In this document: one piece after another, positions 1-10,100 of the stretch
Position numbering within the stretch: the first letter of the stretch is position 1
Layout: each line of letters begins with the position of its first letter
Assembly: GCA_942491885.1 (NCBI GenBank)
Contig: CALOCQ010000010.1
Location: 13,907 to 77,906 of the forward strand
Length of the DNA: 64,000 bases
Origin: an uncultured Pseudomonadota bacterium
Lineage (GTDB): Bacteria; Pseudomonadota; Gammaproteobacteria; Steroidobacterales; Woeseiaceae
Direction: 5' to 3'
The notes under the pieces: model-generated
Databases searched by the model: none
What the model was told of the DNA's origin: nothing
What the model saw: the letters and a program-made list of their open reading frames with translations, nothing else
Made by a program: the position numbers and the translations under genes

Positions 1-1
1 G

Positions 2-736
2 GGATACGTTGTAACCGTGGCGGATCCTGCGCCGGTAGCCTCCGATATCACTCGGTTTGAAGACTGGCGCGAAGCGGGCGTTGATTTCGATATTATTGTT
101 GTCGCGACCACGCTGGCGCGCACGGCGCAGGTGCTCTCTGGACTATGCGAATTAAAGCCACGTGGCCTGGTATTCGATGTAGGTTCATTGAAGACGCCCC
201 TCAGAGAGCCGCTGCTGGCGCTGGCGAGAGCAGGGGTGCAGGTAACATCTGTCCACCCGATGTTTGGGCCGAATACCCGGCTGCTTGCCGACCGCCAGAT
301 AATCTTTGTCGATGTGGGCGTGTCAGAAGCGACCAACAGTGCACGCGAGTTATTCTCGAACACCATGGCGCTTGCTATTGACATGTCAATTGATGAGCAC
401 GATAGGATGATCGCATTTGTGTTGGGGCTTGCTCATATCACGAACATTATTTTTGTCGACGCCCTTGCGCGCAGCGGCATCGAGGCAAGTCAGTTGCTCG
501 CCATGTCTAGTCCCACTTTCGATGCTCAAGTGCGCATGGGGCGAACGGTCGTGCACGAGAACCCCCAGCTTTACTACGAAATCCAAAGCCTCAATGGATT
601 GGGTAAAACCTCTCGTAACGCGCTTCGCGATGCGGTTGAGGCGGTGCTTACGGCAATTGAGACAGAGGATGAGTCGGAGTTTGTGCGTTTAATGTTTGAG
701 TCACGTGAATTCTTGGATCGTACTTACGATGGCTAA
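2..736 (+). CDS. tyrA: prephenate/arogenate dehydrogenase (TyrA family), 5' end outside window
   Basis: The frame is open from nt 2 with no upstream stop, so the N-terminus lies off-window. The protein carries the TyrA-type HPMFGP motif. TAA stop at 734-736. Confidence 0.8.
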   Translation, partial: GYVVTVADPAPVASDITRFEDWREAGVDFDIIVVATTLARTAQVLSGLCELKPRGLVFDVGSLKTPLREPLLALARAGVQVTSVHPMFGPNTRLLADRQIIFVDVGVSEATNSARELFSNTMALAIDMSIDEHDRMIAFVLGLAHITNIIFVDALARSGIEASQLLAMSSPTFDAQVRMGRTVVHENPQLYYEIQSLNGLGKTSRNALRDAVEAVLTAIETEDESEFVRLMFESREFLDRTYDG

Positions 737-836
737 GCATGGGCCATAGAGCAAAAAGATTGACGGTGAGGTGCGGTCTCGGGCCCGTTGTCACACTGTC
801 GCAAATTAGCGACAGGCAAAAAGTCGTTTAAGTTCA

Positions 837-870
837 TGATAGTTCGCAAATATCTTCATGCGAACTATCA
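837..870. promoter_or_regulatory. perfect 12-bp inverted repeat TGATAGTTCGCA-N10-TGCGAACTATCA; candidate activator (UAS) site
   Basis: The arms at 837-848 and 859-870 are exact reverse complements. The repeat sits about 130 bp upstream of the sigma-54-like element at 982-997, a typical enhancer-binding-protein distance. Confidence 0.35.
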
Positions 871-981
871 ATGACTGTCCTTGTATACAGACAAAACCGT
901 CACTTTTGGTCCCTATAGATCAGTCGAGAAATCCCGTGTAGTTGGCTGTTTTTGCGCGGTCTTCACTGTTTAATCAAAAGT

Positions 982-997
982 TGGCACTTTTCTTGCT
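982..997 (+). promoter_or_regulatory. candidate sigma-54 (-24/-12) promoter TGGCACttttcTTGCT
   Basis: Matches the TGGCAC-N5-TTGCW consensus with correct GG/GC spacing. It lies in an AT-rich 609-bp intergenic region and points toward the lipoprotein gene at 1346. Confidence 0.5.
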
Positions 998-1345
998 TTA
1001 CTTAATGCAGAAGCGGCAGTCGGGAAAGCCCGAGCGGCCGTTTTTTACAGATTCATTACGTGACTTAAGCCTCAGATTGACCATTCAGTGTTGTTATGCG
1101 CCTCTCAAAGAGGGCTACACTGTTGGTGAATTGAAAAGGGCAAAACCGTCGAAAGGCGGCGACGCAAAGCTTCCGGTCTAAAGGCATTAAGCCCAGGACG
1201 GCGGGGTTACCATTCCGGCAGGAACGCAAGAGTTCTGCTCGCATGACAGAGGACAACAAAGGTCCTGTAACACTGGCAATCGCAAACGATTGCAACTTTC
1301 GATCGCCGTATTCGACACCTTATTAGCGAATAAAGGTGATTTCGA

Positions 1346-2677
1346 ATGCAACGCATCCGTGATTCTTTCAAGAAGACAAAATTGAACCGCGCATCGGCGC
1401 TGGCCGCGATATTGCTGCTGAGCGCCTGTGGCGGCGGTGGGGGTGGCGACAACGACAACACGCTGGTCGTACCGCCGTCCACATCCGGCGACACTATTGC
1501 GCCGACGCTGGCGATCCTGACGCCTGACGATGATGGCGACGCTACGGTCACGCAGACGACGGTATCGGTCACTGGGATGGCAAGCGATAATGTCGGCGTT
1601 CAGTCGTTGTCCTGGCGCAACACGCGCGGCGGTCAGGGATCTATTTCTGTCAGCGATAATTGGCGCTCGCCGTCAATAACTCTTCTCGACGGCAGTAACC
1701 TGATTATCGTGACGGCCCAAGACGCTGCCGGCAACCAGACGGAAGACAGAATCGCGGTTACCCGGGCGGCCAGCACGCTCCCTGACGATGACGCGACCGC
1801 CCGTATTAGCTACAGTAGCGATCTTTCTGGCGCCGGACTCTTGTCTGGCGCAACTGTTGAGCAGCGGTTTGCTTACCTCTTCTTTGAGCCTGGCCAGCGT
1901 TGGAATGATGTCGGCGTTACGCGCGTTGATTTCTACTGCTGCAAGGCCCTGACGGGGCAAACGATGGGACACCTGCCGCGCGTCATCGATAATTCGGCCC
2001 CTTTCTCACTGGGCATCGATCTCGGCCAATTTGAGTCCGGTACAACGCGCGAGCTCTATGCGGATATTTACTTCGCCGACGGCACGCAGGACTTTCAACT
2101 GGTTGAGTTCAGTCTGGAATCTGGTAGCGGTGCGTCGAACACGGCGCCGACAATCAGCGGGTCACCGCAGACGTCGACAATGACAGATCAGAACTACAGC
2201 TTTGTTCCCACCGCGAATGATGCGGATGGCGATATGCTGACATTTCAGATCCAGAACCGACCATCATGGGCGTCATTCGATAGCGCGACGGGCCAGCTCA
2301 GCGGCAGTCCCGATTCCAACGACGTCGGCGACTACAGCAATATTCGTATTAGCGTCACAGATGGTCGTGCGTCGGCGAGTCTGCCGGCCTTTTCGATCGA
2401 AGTTCAGGCTGTCGCCAGAGGATCTGTGGTTCTGAATTGGAATCCGCCGACCACGCGCGTCAATGGCACCGCGATCGGTGGCCTGCAAGGCTACCGGATA
2501 TTTTATGGTCGCGAGTCGGGTGTTTATGAGAACAACATCACTGTCAATAATGGCGGTTTGACGACGTACACAATCGACAACCTGCCTGGTGGTACCTATT
2601 ACCTGGCAATGACGGCCATCGATCTGGATAACCGTGAGAGCAATCTCTCCTATGAGGTGGTCAAGAACACGCAGTAG
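1346..2677 (+). CDS. secreted lipoprotein with Ig-like (cadherin/He_PIG-type) and FN3-like modules
   Basis: The ATG is preceded by AAAGGTGA. Lipobox LLLSAC followed by a Gly run. An Ig-like repeat is present (NTAPTISGSP...TFQIQNRPSWASFDSATGQLSGSP). The C-terminus is FN3-like (LNWNPP...GYRIFYG...YYLAMTAID). Confidence 0.8.
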   Translation: MQRIRDSFKKTKLNRASALAAILLLSACGGGGGGDNDNTLVVPPSTSGDTIAPTLAILTPDDDGDATVTQTTVSVTGMASDNVGVQSLSWRNTRGGQGSISVSDNWRSPSITLLDGSNLIIVTAQDAAGNQTEDRIAVTRAASTLPDDDATARISYSSDLSGAGLLSGATVEQRFAYLFFEPGQRWNDVGVTRVDFYCCKALTGQTMGHLPRVIDNSAPFSLGIDLGQFESGTTRELYADIYFADGTQDFQLVEFSLESGSGASNTAPTISGSPQTSTMTDQNYSFVPTANDADGDMLTFQIQNRPSWASFDSATGQLSGSPDSNDVGDYSNIRISVTDGRASASLPAFSIEVQAVARGSVVLNWNPPTTRVNGTAIGGLQGYRIFYGRESGVYENNITVNNGGLTTYTIDNLPGGTYYLAMTAIDLDNRESNLSYEVVKNTQ

Positions 2678-2793
2678 TGTGGTCGGTGCCGGCCGTTGTG
2701 ACTGACATTAAGGGCGGCGCGCCGCCGGTATGATGCGGTCCAGCGCGCGAATCGGGTAGAATTACGGGCTGATACTTCAGTACGAGCCCGCCA

Positions 2794-4206
2794 ATGACCG
2801 TCCGAACCCGTTTCGCCCCGAGCCCCACTGGAGTCCTCCACATCGGTGGCGTCCGCACCGCACTGTTTTGCTATCTCTACGCCCGCCGCCACAACGGCGC
2901 ATTCGTCCTGCGTATCGAAGACACCGATCGCGAGCGCTCAACCCAAGCCTCTGTTGATGCAATCCTGGACGGCATGGCCTGGCTCGGTCTCGATGCCGAC
3001 GAAGGCCCTATCTACCAGACCGAACGTTTCGATCGCTATCGCGATGTGCTGGACCAGTGGCTGGAAGACGGCCACGCCTACCACTGCTACTGCACCAAGG
3101 AAGAGCTTGAAGCTCGCCGTGAGGCGCAACGCGAGGCCGGCGAGAAGCCGCGCTACGACGGGCGCTGTCGTGCGAACACGGAACCTCGTGAAGGCGTGGA
3201 CCCGGTTGTGCGCTTCCGCAACCCGACCGAAGGTCAGGTCGTCATCGATGATGCGGTGCGCGGCAAGGTGGTGATCGCCAACAGCGAGCTCGACGATCTG
3301 ATCATCGCGCGCTCGGACGGCACGCCCACCTATAACTTCACGGTGGTCATCGACGATGCCGACATGGCTATCACGCATGTGATCCGCGGCGACGATCACC
3401 TGAACAACACGCCGCGCCAGATCAACATGCTTAAGGCGCTGGGCGCCACGCCGCCGAAATATGCGCATGTGCCGATGATCCTCGGCGAGGACGGCGCGCG
3501 CTTGTCGAAACGCCATGGCGCGGTGAACGTGCTCGACTACCACGAGCAGGGCTATTTGCCGGAGGCGCTGCTGAATTACCTGGTGCGGCTCGGCTGGTCA
3601 CACGGCGATCAGGAAATTTTCAGTCGCGAAGAGATGATCGCGATGTTCGATATCGACGACGTCAACGCATCGGCCTCGACCTTCAACCCGGAAAAACTGG
3701 AGTGGCTCAACCAGCAGTACATCCAGACGACCGACGCCGAACGCCTCGCGGAACTGCTCGATGAGCAGTTGACGCGTATCGGTGTGGACCGACACGACGG
3801 GCCGACATTGGTGGAAGTCGTCGAGGCGTACCGCGAGCGGGCGGTCACGATGAAGGCGATGGCTGAGGATTGCCGCTATGTGTACGAAGACGACATTAGC
3901 CTGGACCCGGGCGCGGCGAAGAAACAGCTGCGCGGGGTAGTGCTCGAGCCTATGCAGAAACTGGCTGAGGCGCTGGCGGCGCTGGATAGCTGGGACGAAG
4001 CCGTGCTGACCGAAACGGTGGAATCCGTTGCGGCGTCCTGCGACATGAATATGGGCAAGTTGGGGCAGCCGACGCGGGTGGCAATTACGGGGCGCTCGGC
4101 GTCACCGGGCCTGGGCACAACGCTCGCGATGTGCGGCCAGCGACGCACGCTCGCGCGATTGGCAGACGCAATCCAATTCATCGAAGAGCGGGTAAAAAAC
4201 CAGTAG
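2794..4206 (+). CDS. gltX: glutamate--tRNA ligase
   Basis: N-terminus MTVRTRFAPSPTGVLHIGG (HIGH-type motif), KMSKS-type RLSKR motif, 470 aa. Confidence 0.95.
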   Translation: MTVRTRFAPSPTGVLHIGGVRTALFCYLYARRHNGAFVLRIEDTDRERSTQASVDAILDGMAWLGLDADEGPIYQTERFDRYRDVLDQWLEDGHAYHCYCTKEELEARREAQREAGEKPRYDGRCRANTEPREGVDPVVRFRNPTEGQVVIDDAVRGKVVIANSELDDLIIARSDGTPTYNFTVVIDDADMAITHVIRGDDHLNNTPRQINMLKALGATPPKYAHVPMILGEDGARLSKRHGAVNVLDYHEQGYLPEALLNYLVRLGWSHGDQEIFSREEMIAMFDIDDVNASASTFNPEKLEWLNQQYIQTTDAERLAELLDEQLTRIGVDRHDGPTLVEVVEAYRERAVTMKAMAEDCRYVYEDDISLDPGAAKKQLRGVVLEPMQKLAEALAALDSWDEAVLTETVESVAASCDMNMGKLGQPTRVAITGRSASPGLGTTLAMCGQRRTLARLADAIQFIEERVKNQ

Positions 4207-4320
4207 ATGCAAAAGTGTGACGCAGTTCACATTTAGGCCGGTTTTTTCATATCCGGTCTGTTTTCGTTTGTCGGAGTTCTTTACAATCGTATACTCCATT
4301 ATACATAAATAATATAGAAC

Positions 4321-4340
4321 ATATTGTTTTAAAACAATAT
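4321..4340. promoter_or_regulatory. perfect 20-bp palindrome ATATTGTTTTAAAACAATAT abutting a sigma-54-like promoter
   Basis: Exact self-complement. It ends 8 nt before the TGGCAT -24 element. Confidence 0.35.
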
Positions 4341-4347
4341 TTGGCAC

Positions 4348-4363
4348 TGGCATGAGGCTTGCT
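4348..4363 (+). promoter_or_regulatory. candidate sigma-54 (-24/-12) promoter TGGCATgaggcTTGCT
   Basis: The GG and GC dinucleotides are spaced as in the TGGCAC-N5-TTGCW consensus. It lies 41 nt upstream of the ATG of the PEP-CTERM gene. Confidence 0.55.
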
Positions 4364-4403
4364 TTGTAGTATTTGTGACGACAAATATTTTTTGGAGCAA
4401 TTA

Positions 4404-5138
4404 ATGAAACGATTCAAGATTCTGCTGGCCGTATCGGCGATCGCATTTTCGGCGCAAGCCGGTGCGACAGTCATCAATGGCAGCAGTTTGCAGAACCGTC
4501 TGAACGACATCAGCTATGCCAATTCATCGGGAACGATCGATGCGGATTTCTACGATGTCGACACAAGTCAATTATCGAATGATGGTGCATGGCAACTTAC
4601 CGCTAGCGGCGGGTCTTTCAACCGTTTGATTTTTGAGTTGGCGGGCTTTGCGAGCGACAACAAATTCGGTATCTACGATATTACTGATCCGAATAACCGG
4701 CTCGAGATTTTTGCGGGTTCGGCGTCGGCTGGCGCATTCGCTACGGTGGCCCAGATCGGACCGACTGCATTTGGCACGGGAAGTGGGAGCACAGCGGTCT
4801 TTTCATCGAATACGTTCGGATACTACCTCTCGGGCCCGGGCGGCACGTTCTACTCACAAGATGTCCTGAATGCCGGAGGCGCTGACCAAATGTTGGCCTT
4901 CCAGGGTGGGGACGATATCTACGTAGATGCCTCAGGTTGGGGTCCCGGCTTGTTCAGCGGCGGTGAGTTTATACTGGCTTGGGAAGACCTGAAGCTTGCC
5001 GGTAGCGATCGCGACTACAACGACTTTGTCGTGATGGTCGAGTCGGTAACGCCGGTTCCTGCTCCAGGAACGCTGGCGCTATTGGGTCTCGGACTGTTGG
5101 GTCTTGGCCGCGCATCACGTCGCAAGGCGCGCGCCTGA
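4404..5138 (+). CDS. PEP-CTERM-anchored secreted protein with DUF4114-like region
   Basis: The ATG at 4404 has a GGAG 7 nt upstream and gives signal peptide MKRFKILLAVSAIAFSAQA. The C-terminus VPAPGTLALLGLGLLGLGRASRRKARA is a PEP-CTERM sorting signal (P-x-P, TM helix, basic tail). The DYNDFVV motif is typical of DUF4114. Confidence 0.85.
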   Translation: MKRFKILLAVSAIAFSAQAGATVINGSSLQNRLNDISYANSSGTIDADFYDVDTSQLSNDGAWQLTASGGSFNRLIFELAGFASDNKFGIYDITDPNNRLEIFAGSASAGAFATVAQIGPTAFGTGSGSTAVFSSNTFGYYLSGPGGTFYSQDVLNAGGADQMLAFQGGDDIYVDASGWGPGLFSGGEFILAWEDLKLAGSDRDYNDFVVMVESVTPVPAPGTLALLGLGLLGLGRASRRKARA

Positions 5139-5179
5139 CCGCAACGAACGGCATCTCGTAAGAGACGCTCACAAATTAG

Positions 5180-5206
5180 AGCCCCGCTTCGGCGGGGCTT
5201 TTTTTT
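5180..5206 (+). terminator. rho-independent terminator
   Basis: GCCCCGC-TTCG-GCGGGGC hairpin (5181-5198) followed by eight T. Confidence 0.85.
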
Positions 5207-5257
5207 GGCCGACTTTCGCGCGTCAAGTCGGTGTCAGCGACTGCGCAATCGCCAACC

Positions 5258-5440
5258 CTAGCGTGGTCTGGCATCCGCCAGGAAATACCACAGCGCCACA
5301 CCAAGCACGGGCAGGACAATAATGACCACAATCCACAACACCTTCTTTTCGGTGGTCAGGTTGCTCTCGATGGTCTTCAGAATCGCCCAGATATCCAGCA
5401 CCAGAATGATCAGGCCGAAAAAGCCATTTAGTTCGAACAC
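5258..5440 (-). CDS. small membrane protein, PLD-nuclease N-terminal (PLDc_N)-like, 2 TM
   Basis: GTG at 5440 with a GGAG 7 nt upstream. The 60-aa product is FELNGFFGLIILVLDIWAILKTIES...LWIVVIIVLPVLGVALWYFLA. The longer 128-aa ORF upstream is Arg/Ser-rich and looks non-coding. Confidence 0.6.
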   Translation of the reverse strand: MFELNGFFGLIILVLDIWAILKTIESNLTTEKKVLWIVVIIVLPVLGVALWYFLADARPR

Positions 5441-5843
5441 GCTGCTGCTCCCCGCAAAGTCGATAGATAAGTTCAGGGTACCGTGAAATTGCGGACAACC
5501 GCGAGCACAAACGCCGGCGGTGCGCGCAAACCAGCGCTGTTCGGCTTGATGACTGCATGCCCGGAAACGATGCTGGCTCGCACCCGTGTCGCGACTTCTC
5601 GCTCGAGCAAGTGAATTGAGACAGTTTGGCCTGATCGAATGCAAACCAGCAAAATCAAAGGCTTAGCGGAACCGAAACCGCTCGCACATGCCTGGCAATT
5701 TCCGCCTCGCCCGAGAGTAATCACGGCGCCGGCCAAAGATCGCCGATGTGCAGCCTGATGGCACGGAGTATCGCAGCGTCATTGTCAAAAATGGTCGTGC
5801 CGTTTCGCGCCTGAGTGGCATACGCATTGATCAAATTGGCCAA

Positions 5844-7124
5844 ATGCGTCGTCTAGGGCGCAAAATAGCGCAATCGCACAGCATTCAAGAGACAGAACAC
5901 GTGGCATATCTGATTAAGCGGCTCGTCGTGATCGGCGGAATACTTGCGGTCGCAGTCTTCATTGCCATCGGCATGTTTGCATCGCGGCCGGAACCGATCC
6001 AGAAACCCAAGGAGATCACGGCGCCGCTGGTTGAATTGCTGGCGCTGGATGTCGGTGCCGTGCATTTCAGCGTGGACAGCCAGGGCACGGTTCTACCATT
6101 GACGGAAACGCGGCTGAGTGCCGAGGTGTCCGGCGCGATTGTCAGCATGTCGGATGCATTCGTGGCCGGCGGCACATTCAAGGCCGGCGACGTGCTGATG
6201 CGTATCGACCCGGTGAACTACGAGAGCGCGCTCGAGCGTGCGCAGGCGACGGTCACGCAACGACAGATCGAATATGACGGCGCGCAAAAGCTGCGCTCGC
6301 AGGGTTATAGCGCCGAGGCGGAGTTGTTGTCCGCGAAGGCTGCGCTTGCCGCCGCAAACGCGGATTTGGTGCGCGCGAAGCGCGATCTGGAGCGCACGGT
6401 GGTGCGCGTGCCGTACAACGGTATTGTCCGCGAAGATACGGCGCAGCTGGGCGACTACGTGTCACCGGGTGTGCAGCTGGGCACGGTATTCGCGACGGAT
6501 TACGCCGAGGTGCGATTGCCGTTGCCCGACGGTGAACTGGCGTTTGTTGATTTGCCAGCGGTCAACGCGAGCTCTCGGGGACGAGGTCCGGCGGTGATGT
6601 TGAGCGGCAGTTATCGCGGGCGCCCGGCAACCTGGCCGGCGGAAATCGTTCGCACCGAAGCGGTGGTGGACCAGCGCAATCGCATGGTGTTTGCGGTTGC
6701 ACGTATTCGGGACCCCTATAAATTCGAAAGCGATAGCGGCGCGTCGCCGCCACTGCCGATCGGTACGTTCGTCAAGGCGCAAATTGACGGTGTGACGATT
6801 GATAACGTCGCGAGCATCCCGCGTCGGTTGGTGCGCGGCGGCAACCAGGTGATCTTTGTCGACGACGACCTGGCGCTGCAATTCCGCACGCTGGACTTCC
6901 TGCGCACCGATGCCGACTACGCCTACGTGCCGGCCGACCAGCTCAGCGAGTTACGCGTCGTGACCACGACACTCGAGGCACCCCTGAACGGCATGAAGGT
7001 TCGCACAGGATCGGATGTTGCCGAGGCTGACGGGCAGGTGACCACGCAGCCATCCGGGGCGCCGGAGATGGCAACGCCCGCGGACGCCGCTGAGACGAAT
7101 GCATCGAACGACGAGGAGGTCTAG
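5844..7124 (+). CDS. RND efflux periplasmic adaptor (HlyD/MFP family)
   Basis: N-terminal TM anchor, a lipoyl/coiled-coil pattern (FKAGDVLMRIDP...YESALERAQA...AELLSAKAALAAANADL), and an RND pump gene immediately downstream. The start is uncertain (5748 or 5844). Confidence 0.85.
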   Translation: MRRLGRKIAQSHSIQETEHVAYLIKRLVVIGGILAVAVFIAIGMFASRPEPIQKPKEITAPLVELLALDVGAVHFSVDSQGTVLPLTETRLSAEVSGAIVSMSDAFVAGGTFKAGDVLMRIDPVNYESALERAQATVTQRQIEYDGAQKLRSQGYSAEAELLSAKAALAAANADLVRAKRDLERTVVRVPYNGIVREDTAQLGDYVSPGVQLGTVFATDYAEVRLPLPDGELAFVDLPAVNASSRGRGPAVMLSGSYRGRPATWPAEIVRTEAVVDQRNRMVFAVARIRDPYKFESDSGASPPLPIGTFVKAQIDGVTIDNVASIPRRLVRGGNQVIFVDDDLALQFRTLDFLRTDADYAYVPADQLSELRVVTTTLEAPLNGMKVRTGSDVAEADGQVTTQPSGAPEMATPADAAETNASNDEEV

Positions 7125-7129
7125 CGAAC

Positions 7130-10100
7130 ATGGAAGACATTAAACGCAGCGGCCTGATCGCCTGGTTCGCAAACAACAATGTTGCCGCGAATCTGCTGAT
7201 GTTCATGATCATCGCCTTCGGTATTTATTCGGCGCTGACGATCCGCAAGCAAACGACGCCTGATTTCGAGCTGAATGCGATCCAGGTCGTGGTGCCATAC
7301 CCGGGTGCTGCGCCCCAGGAAGTCGAGCAGGGCGTTGTCATCAAGATCGAAGAGGCGCTGCAGGATGTGCCCGGCATCAAGGAATTGCGTGGATCTGCGC
7401 GCGAGGGCGTCGGTACCGTGACCGTCGATGTCGCGCCGGATGCCGAGCTGAACCAGGTGATGAGTCAGGTCAAGACGCGGGTTGATGCCGTCTCGACGTT
7501 TCCTGAACTGACGGAACGCCCGATCATCGAGAAAATAGAGGTGCCGATTCCGGTGATCTTCATCTCGGTGTTCGGCGACCTCGACGAGTACGCGCGCAAA
7601 GAGCTCGCCAAGGATATTCGTGGCGGGCTCATGGTGATGCCCGAGATCAACGACGTCGAAGTGCTGGGCGATCGTGACTACGAGATCAGCATCGAGGTGT
7701 CCGAGGATACGTTGCGCAGCTACCAGCTGACGATGAGCGAAATCGCCCAGGCGCTGCGATCGGCGTCGCGAGATATCCCGGGCGGCACGATCGAAACGTC
7801 GGGTGGCGATATCCTGCTGCGCACCCAGGGCCAGGTTTACACGGGGCAGCAGTTCGCGGACCTGGTGTTGCGCACATTCCCCGATGGCACGCGCTTGCTG
7901 TTGGGTGACGTGGCAACGATCCGCGACGGGTTCGTCGAGGACGACGGTTTCGGGCGCTTCAATGAAAAACCGAATATCACGATGCAGGTGCTCGCCGGCG
8001 GCCAGCAGAACGAGCTGAAGACCGCGGCACTGGTCAAGGCCTATGTGGAGGAAGTCGCCAAGGGGCTGCCGGACAGCGTGCAGATCGAAACGTGGGTCGA
8101 TCGCTCCAGTTACCTTCAGCAGCGCCTCGACATGATGGTCAAGAACCTGCTGCAGGGCGCGCTGCTGGTGTTTGTCGTACTGACCTTGTTCCTGCGACTG
8201 AAGTTTGCGTTGTGGGTCATCGTCGGTATCCCGGTAACGTTCTTCGGCGCGTTGTCGCTGATGCCGTTTGGACCGTGGCCGGTCACGCTGAACATGATCA
8301 GCCTGTTCGGCTTCATCCTGGTGCTCGGTATCGTTGTTGATGATGCCATTATCATTGGCGAGAGCATTTACACCAATGTGCGCGAGAAGGGACATTCGAT
8401 AAACAACGTCATCGACGGCGCGCGCCGCGTCGCGGTGGCGGCAACGTTTGGCGTACTGACGACGATCGCCGCGTTCGCGCCGATGTTGTTTGTTGGTGGC
8501 ATCGCCGGCTCGTTTCTTGAGGCGGTTGCCGTGGTCGTCACGCTCTGCCTGATCTTCTCGCTGATCGAATCCAAGCTGATTCTGCCGGCGCATTTGGCGC
8601 ATTCGAAAATTACGCCGGTCGATGAAACGGAGATCTTCAAGCCGTATCGCAGCGTCGCCTTCTGGCACTGGCCGGGCAAGTTGCTTGAGCGGGCACAGCG
8701 TCACACGCAGCATGGCCTGCACTGGATCATCGACCGGATTTACACCCCGTTACTGTCGCGTGCGATCGCAGCGCGTGGTGTCACGCTGGCGCTGTTCATC
8801 AGCATGCTGATCCTGACGATCGGTCTGTTCGGCAGCGGCAAGATGCGCTTTGTGTTGTTTCCGGAAGTGCCGGGCGAATTCATCATGGCCGAGCTGACGA
8901 TGCAAAACGGCACGCCGACCGAGGTGCGCAACCAGACGCTGCTCGAAGCCGAGCACGACCTGTATCGCGTTCGCGATCGCTATCTGGCAAACAGTGCCGG
9001 TGCGGTCGACCCGTTGGCGCATGTCGCAACCTTCACCAGCACGCCGACCAGTGGCATGATCATTGTCGAGATGCCGCCGGCCGAACTGCAGACGATCAGA
9101 ATGGACGAGGTTACGCAGCTCTGGCGGGACGAGGTGGGCGACGTGCCGGGTGTCCGCACGCTGACGTTTTCTCAGGGTATGAATATCGGTGGTGGCGCGC
9201 CACTGAGCTTTGCGCTGAGTGGCACCAACTTCAAGGCGCTGGAAGAGGCGGCAGCCGAACTCGCCGCCAAGCTCGGTGATTACGAGGGCGTTTTCGACAT
9301 ACGCAACTCGGCCAATCCTGGTGGTGACGAGATTCAGCTGGCGATCAAGCCGAACGCGCAGGCGCTCGGTATTACGCTGACCTCGCTGGGCACGCAGGTG
9401 CGCCAGGCGTTCTATGGCGAAGAGGTGCAACGCATCCAGCGCGACACGGATGAGCTGAAAGTGATGGTGCGCTACCCCGAGTCGCAACGACGTTCGGTGG
9501 CGAACCTCGAATCGATGCTGATTTCGACCCCGGACGGTGACCGGGTGCCGTTCTCGGATGTTGCCGAGGTGACCTACGGGACCGCGTATTCGGTGATCTC
9601 GCGCCAGGATGCGAAGCGTACGGTGACGGTGTCTGCCGATCTCGATCCGGTCGTTGCTGAGCCGGGCGAGATCATCAGCGACGTGCGCAACGAGTACCTG
9701 CCCGAGCTGCTGTCACGCTACACCGGCGTCGAATTCAACCTGACCGGTGCGAGCCTTGAAGAGCAGGAGTTTATACACAACCTGACCGTAGCCTCGTTCG
9801 CGGCACTGTTTCTGATCTATGCTTTGATCGCGATACCGCTGCGCTCCTATTCGCAGCCGCTGATCATCATGTCGGTCATTCCGTTCGGCTTTGTCGGCGC
9901 GGTGGTGGGGCACCTTATTCTTGGCCAGGCGATCAGCATGTTCTCGCTGTTCGGACTGATCGCACTGGCGGGCGTCGTGGTGAACGACAGCCTGATCATG
10001 ATGGACTTCGTCAACCAGGCGCGTGCAGAGGGTCTGCCGGCGGAAAAAGCTGTGCTGCAATCGGGCAAGGCGCGTTTCCGCGCGATTATCCTGACGTCGC

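Noticed and set aside
942-1181. 79-aa ORF (TTG start) in the AT-rich region upstream of the lipoprotein gene
   Set aside because: It has no RBS, a non-ATG start, no motif and composition atypical of the neighbouring genes. The region is better explained as regulatory or leader sequence.
4207-4320. Possible tRNA gene or terminator downstream of gltX
   Set aside because: No cloverleaf or T-arm-like GGTTCGAAT-type sequence is visible. Only weak hairpins (TGTGAcgcagtTCACA) are present, without a convincing T-run directly after a strong stem.
4359-4403. Upstream start (MLCSICDDKYF...) for the PEP-CTERM protein
   Set aside because: The extension would begin inside the sigma-54-like promoter and lacks an RBS. 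The ATG at 4404 has a GGAG and gives a canonical signal peptide.
7121-8722. 533-aa minus-strand ORF antisense to the RND pump gene
   Set aside because: Its Arg/His/Asp/Gln-rich, low-complexity translation has no recognisable motif or RBS. It lies wholly inside a confidently identified gene. Long shadow ORFs of this kind are expected in GC-rich DNA.
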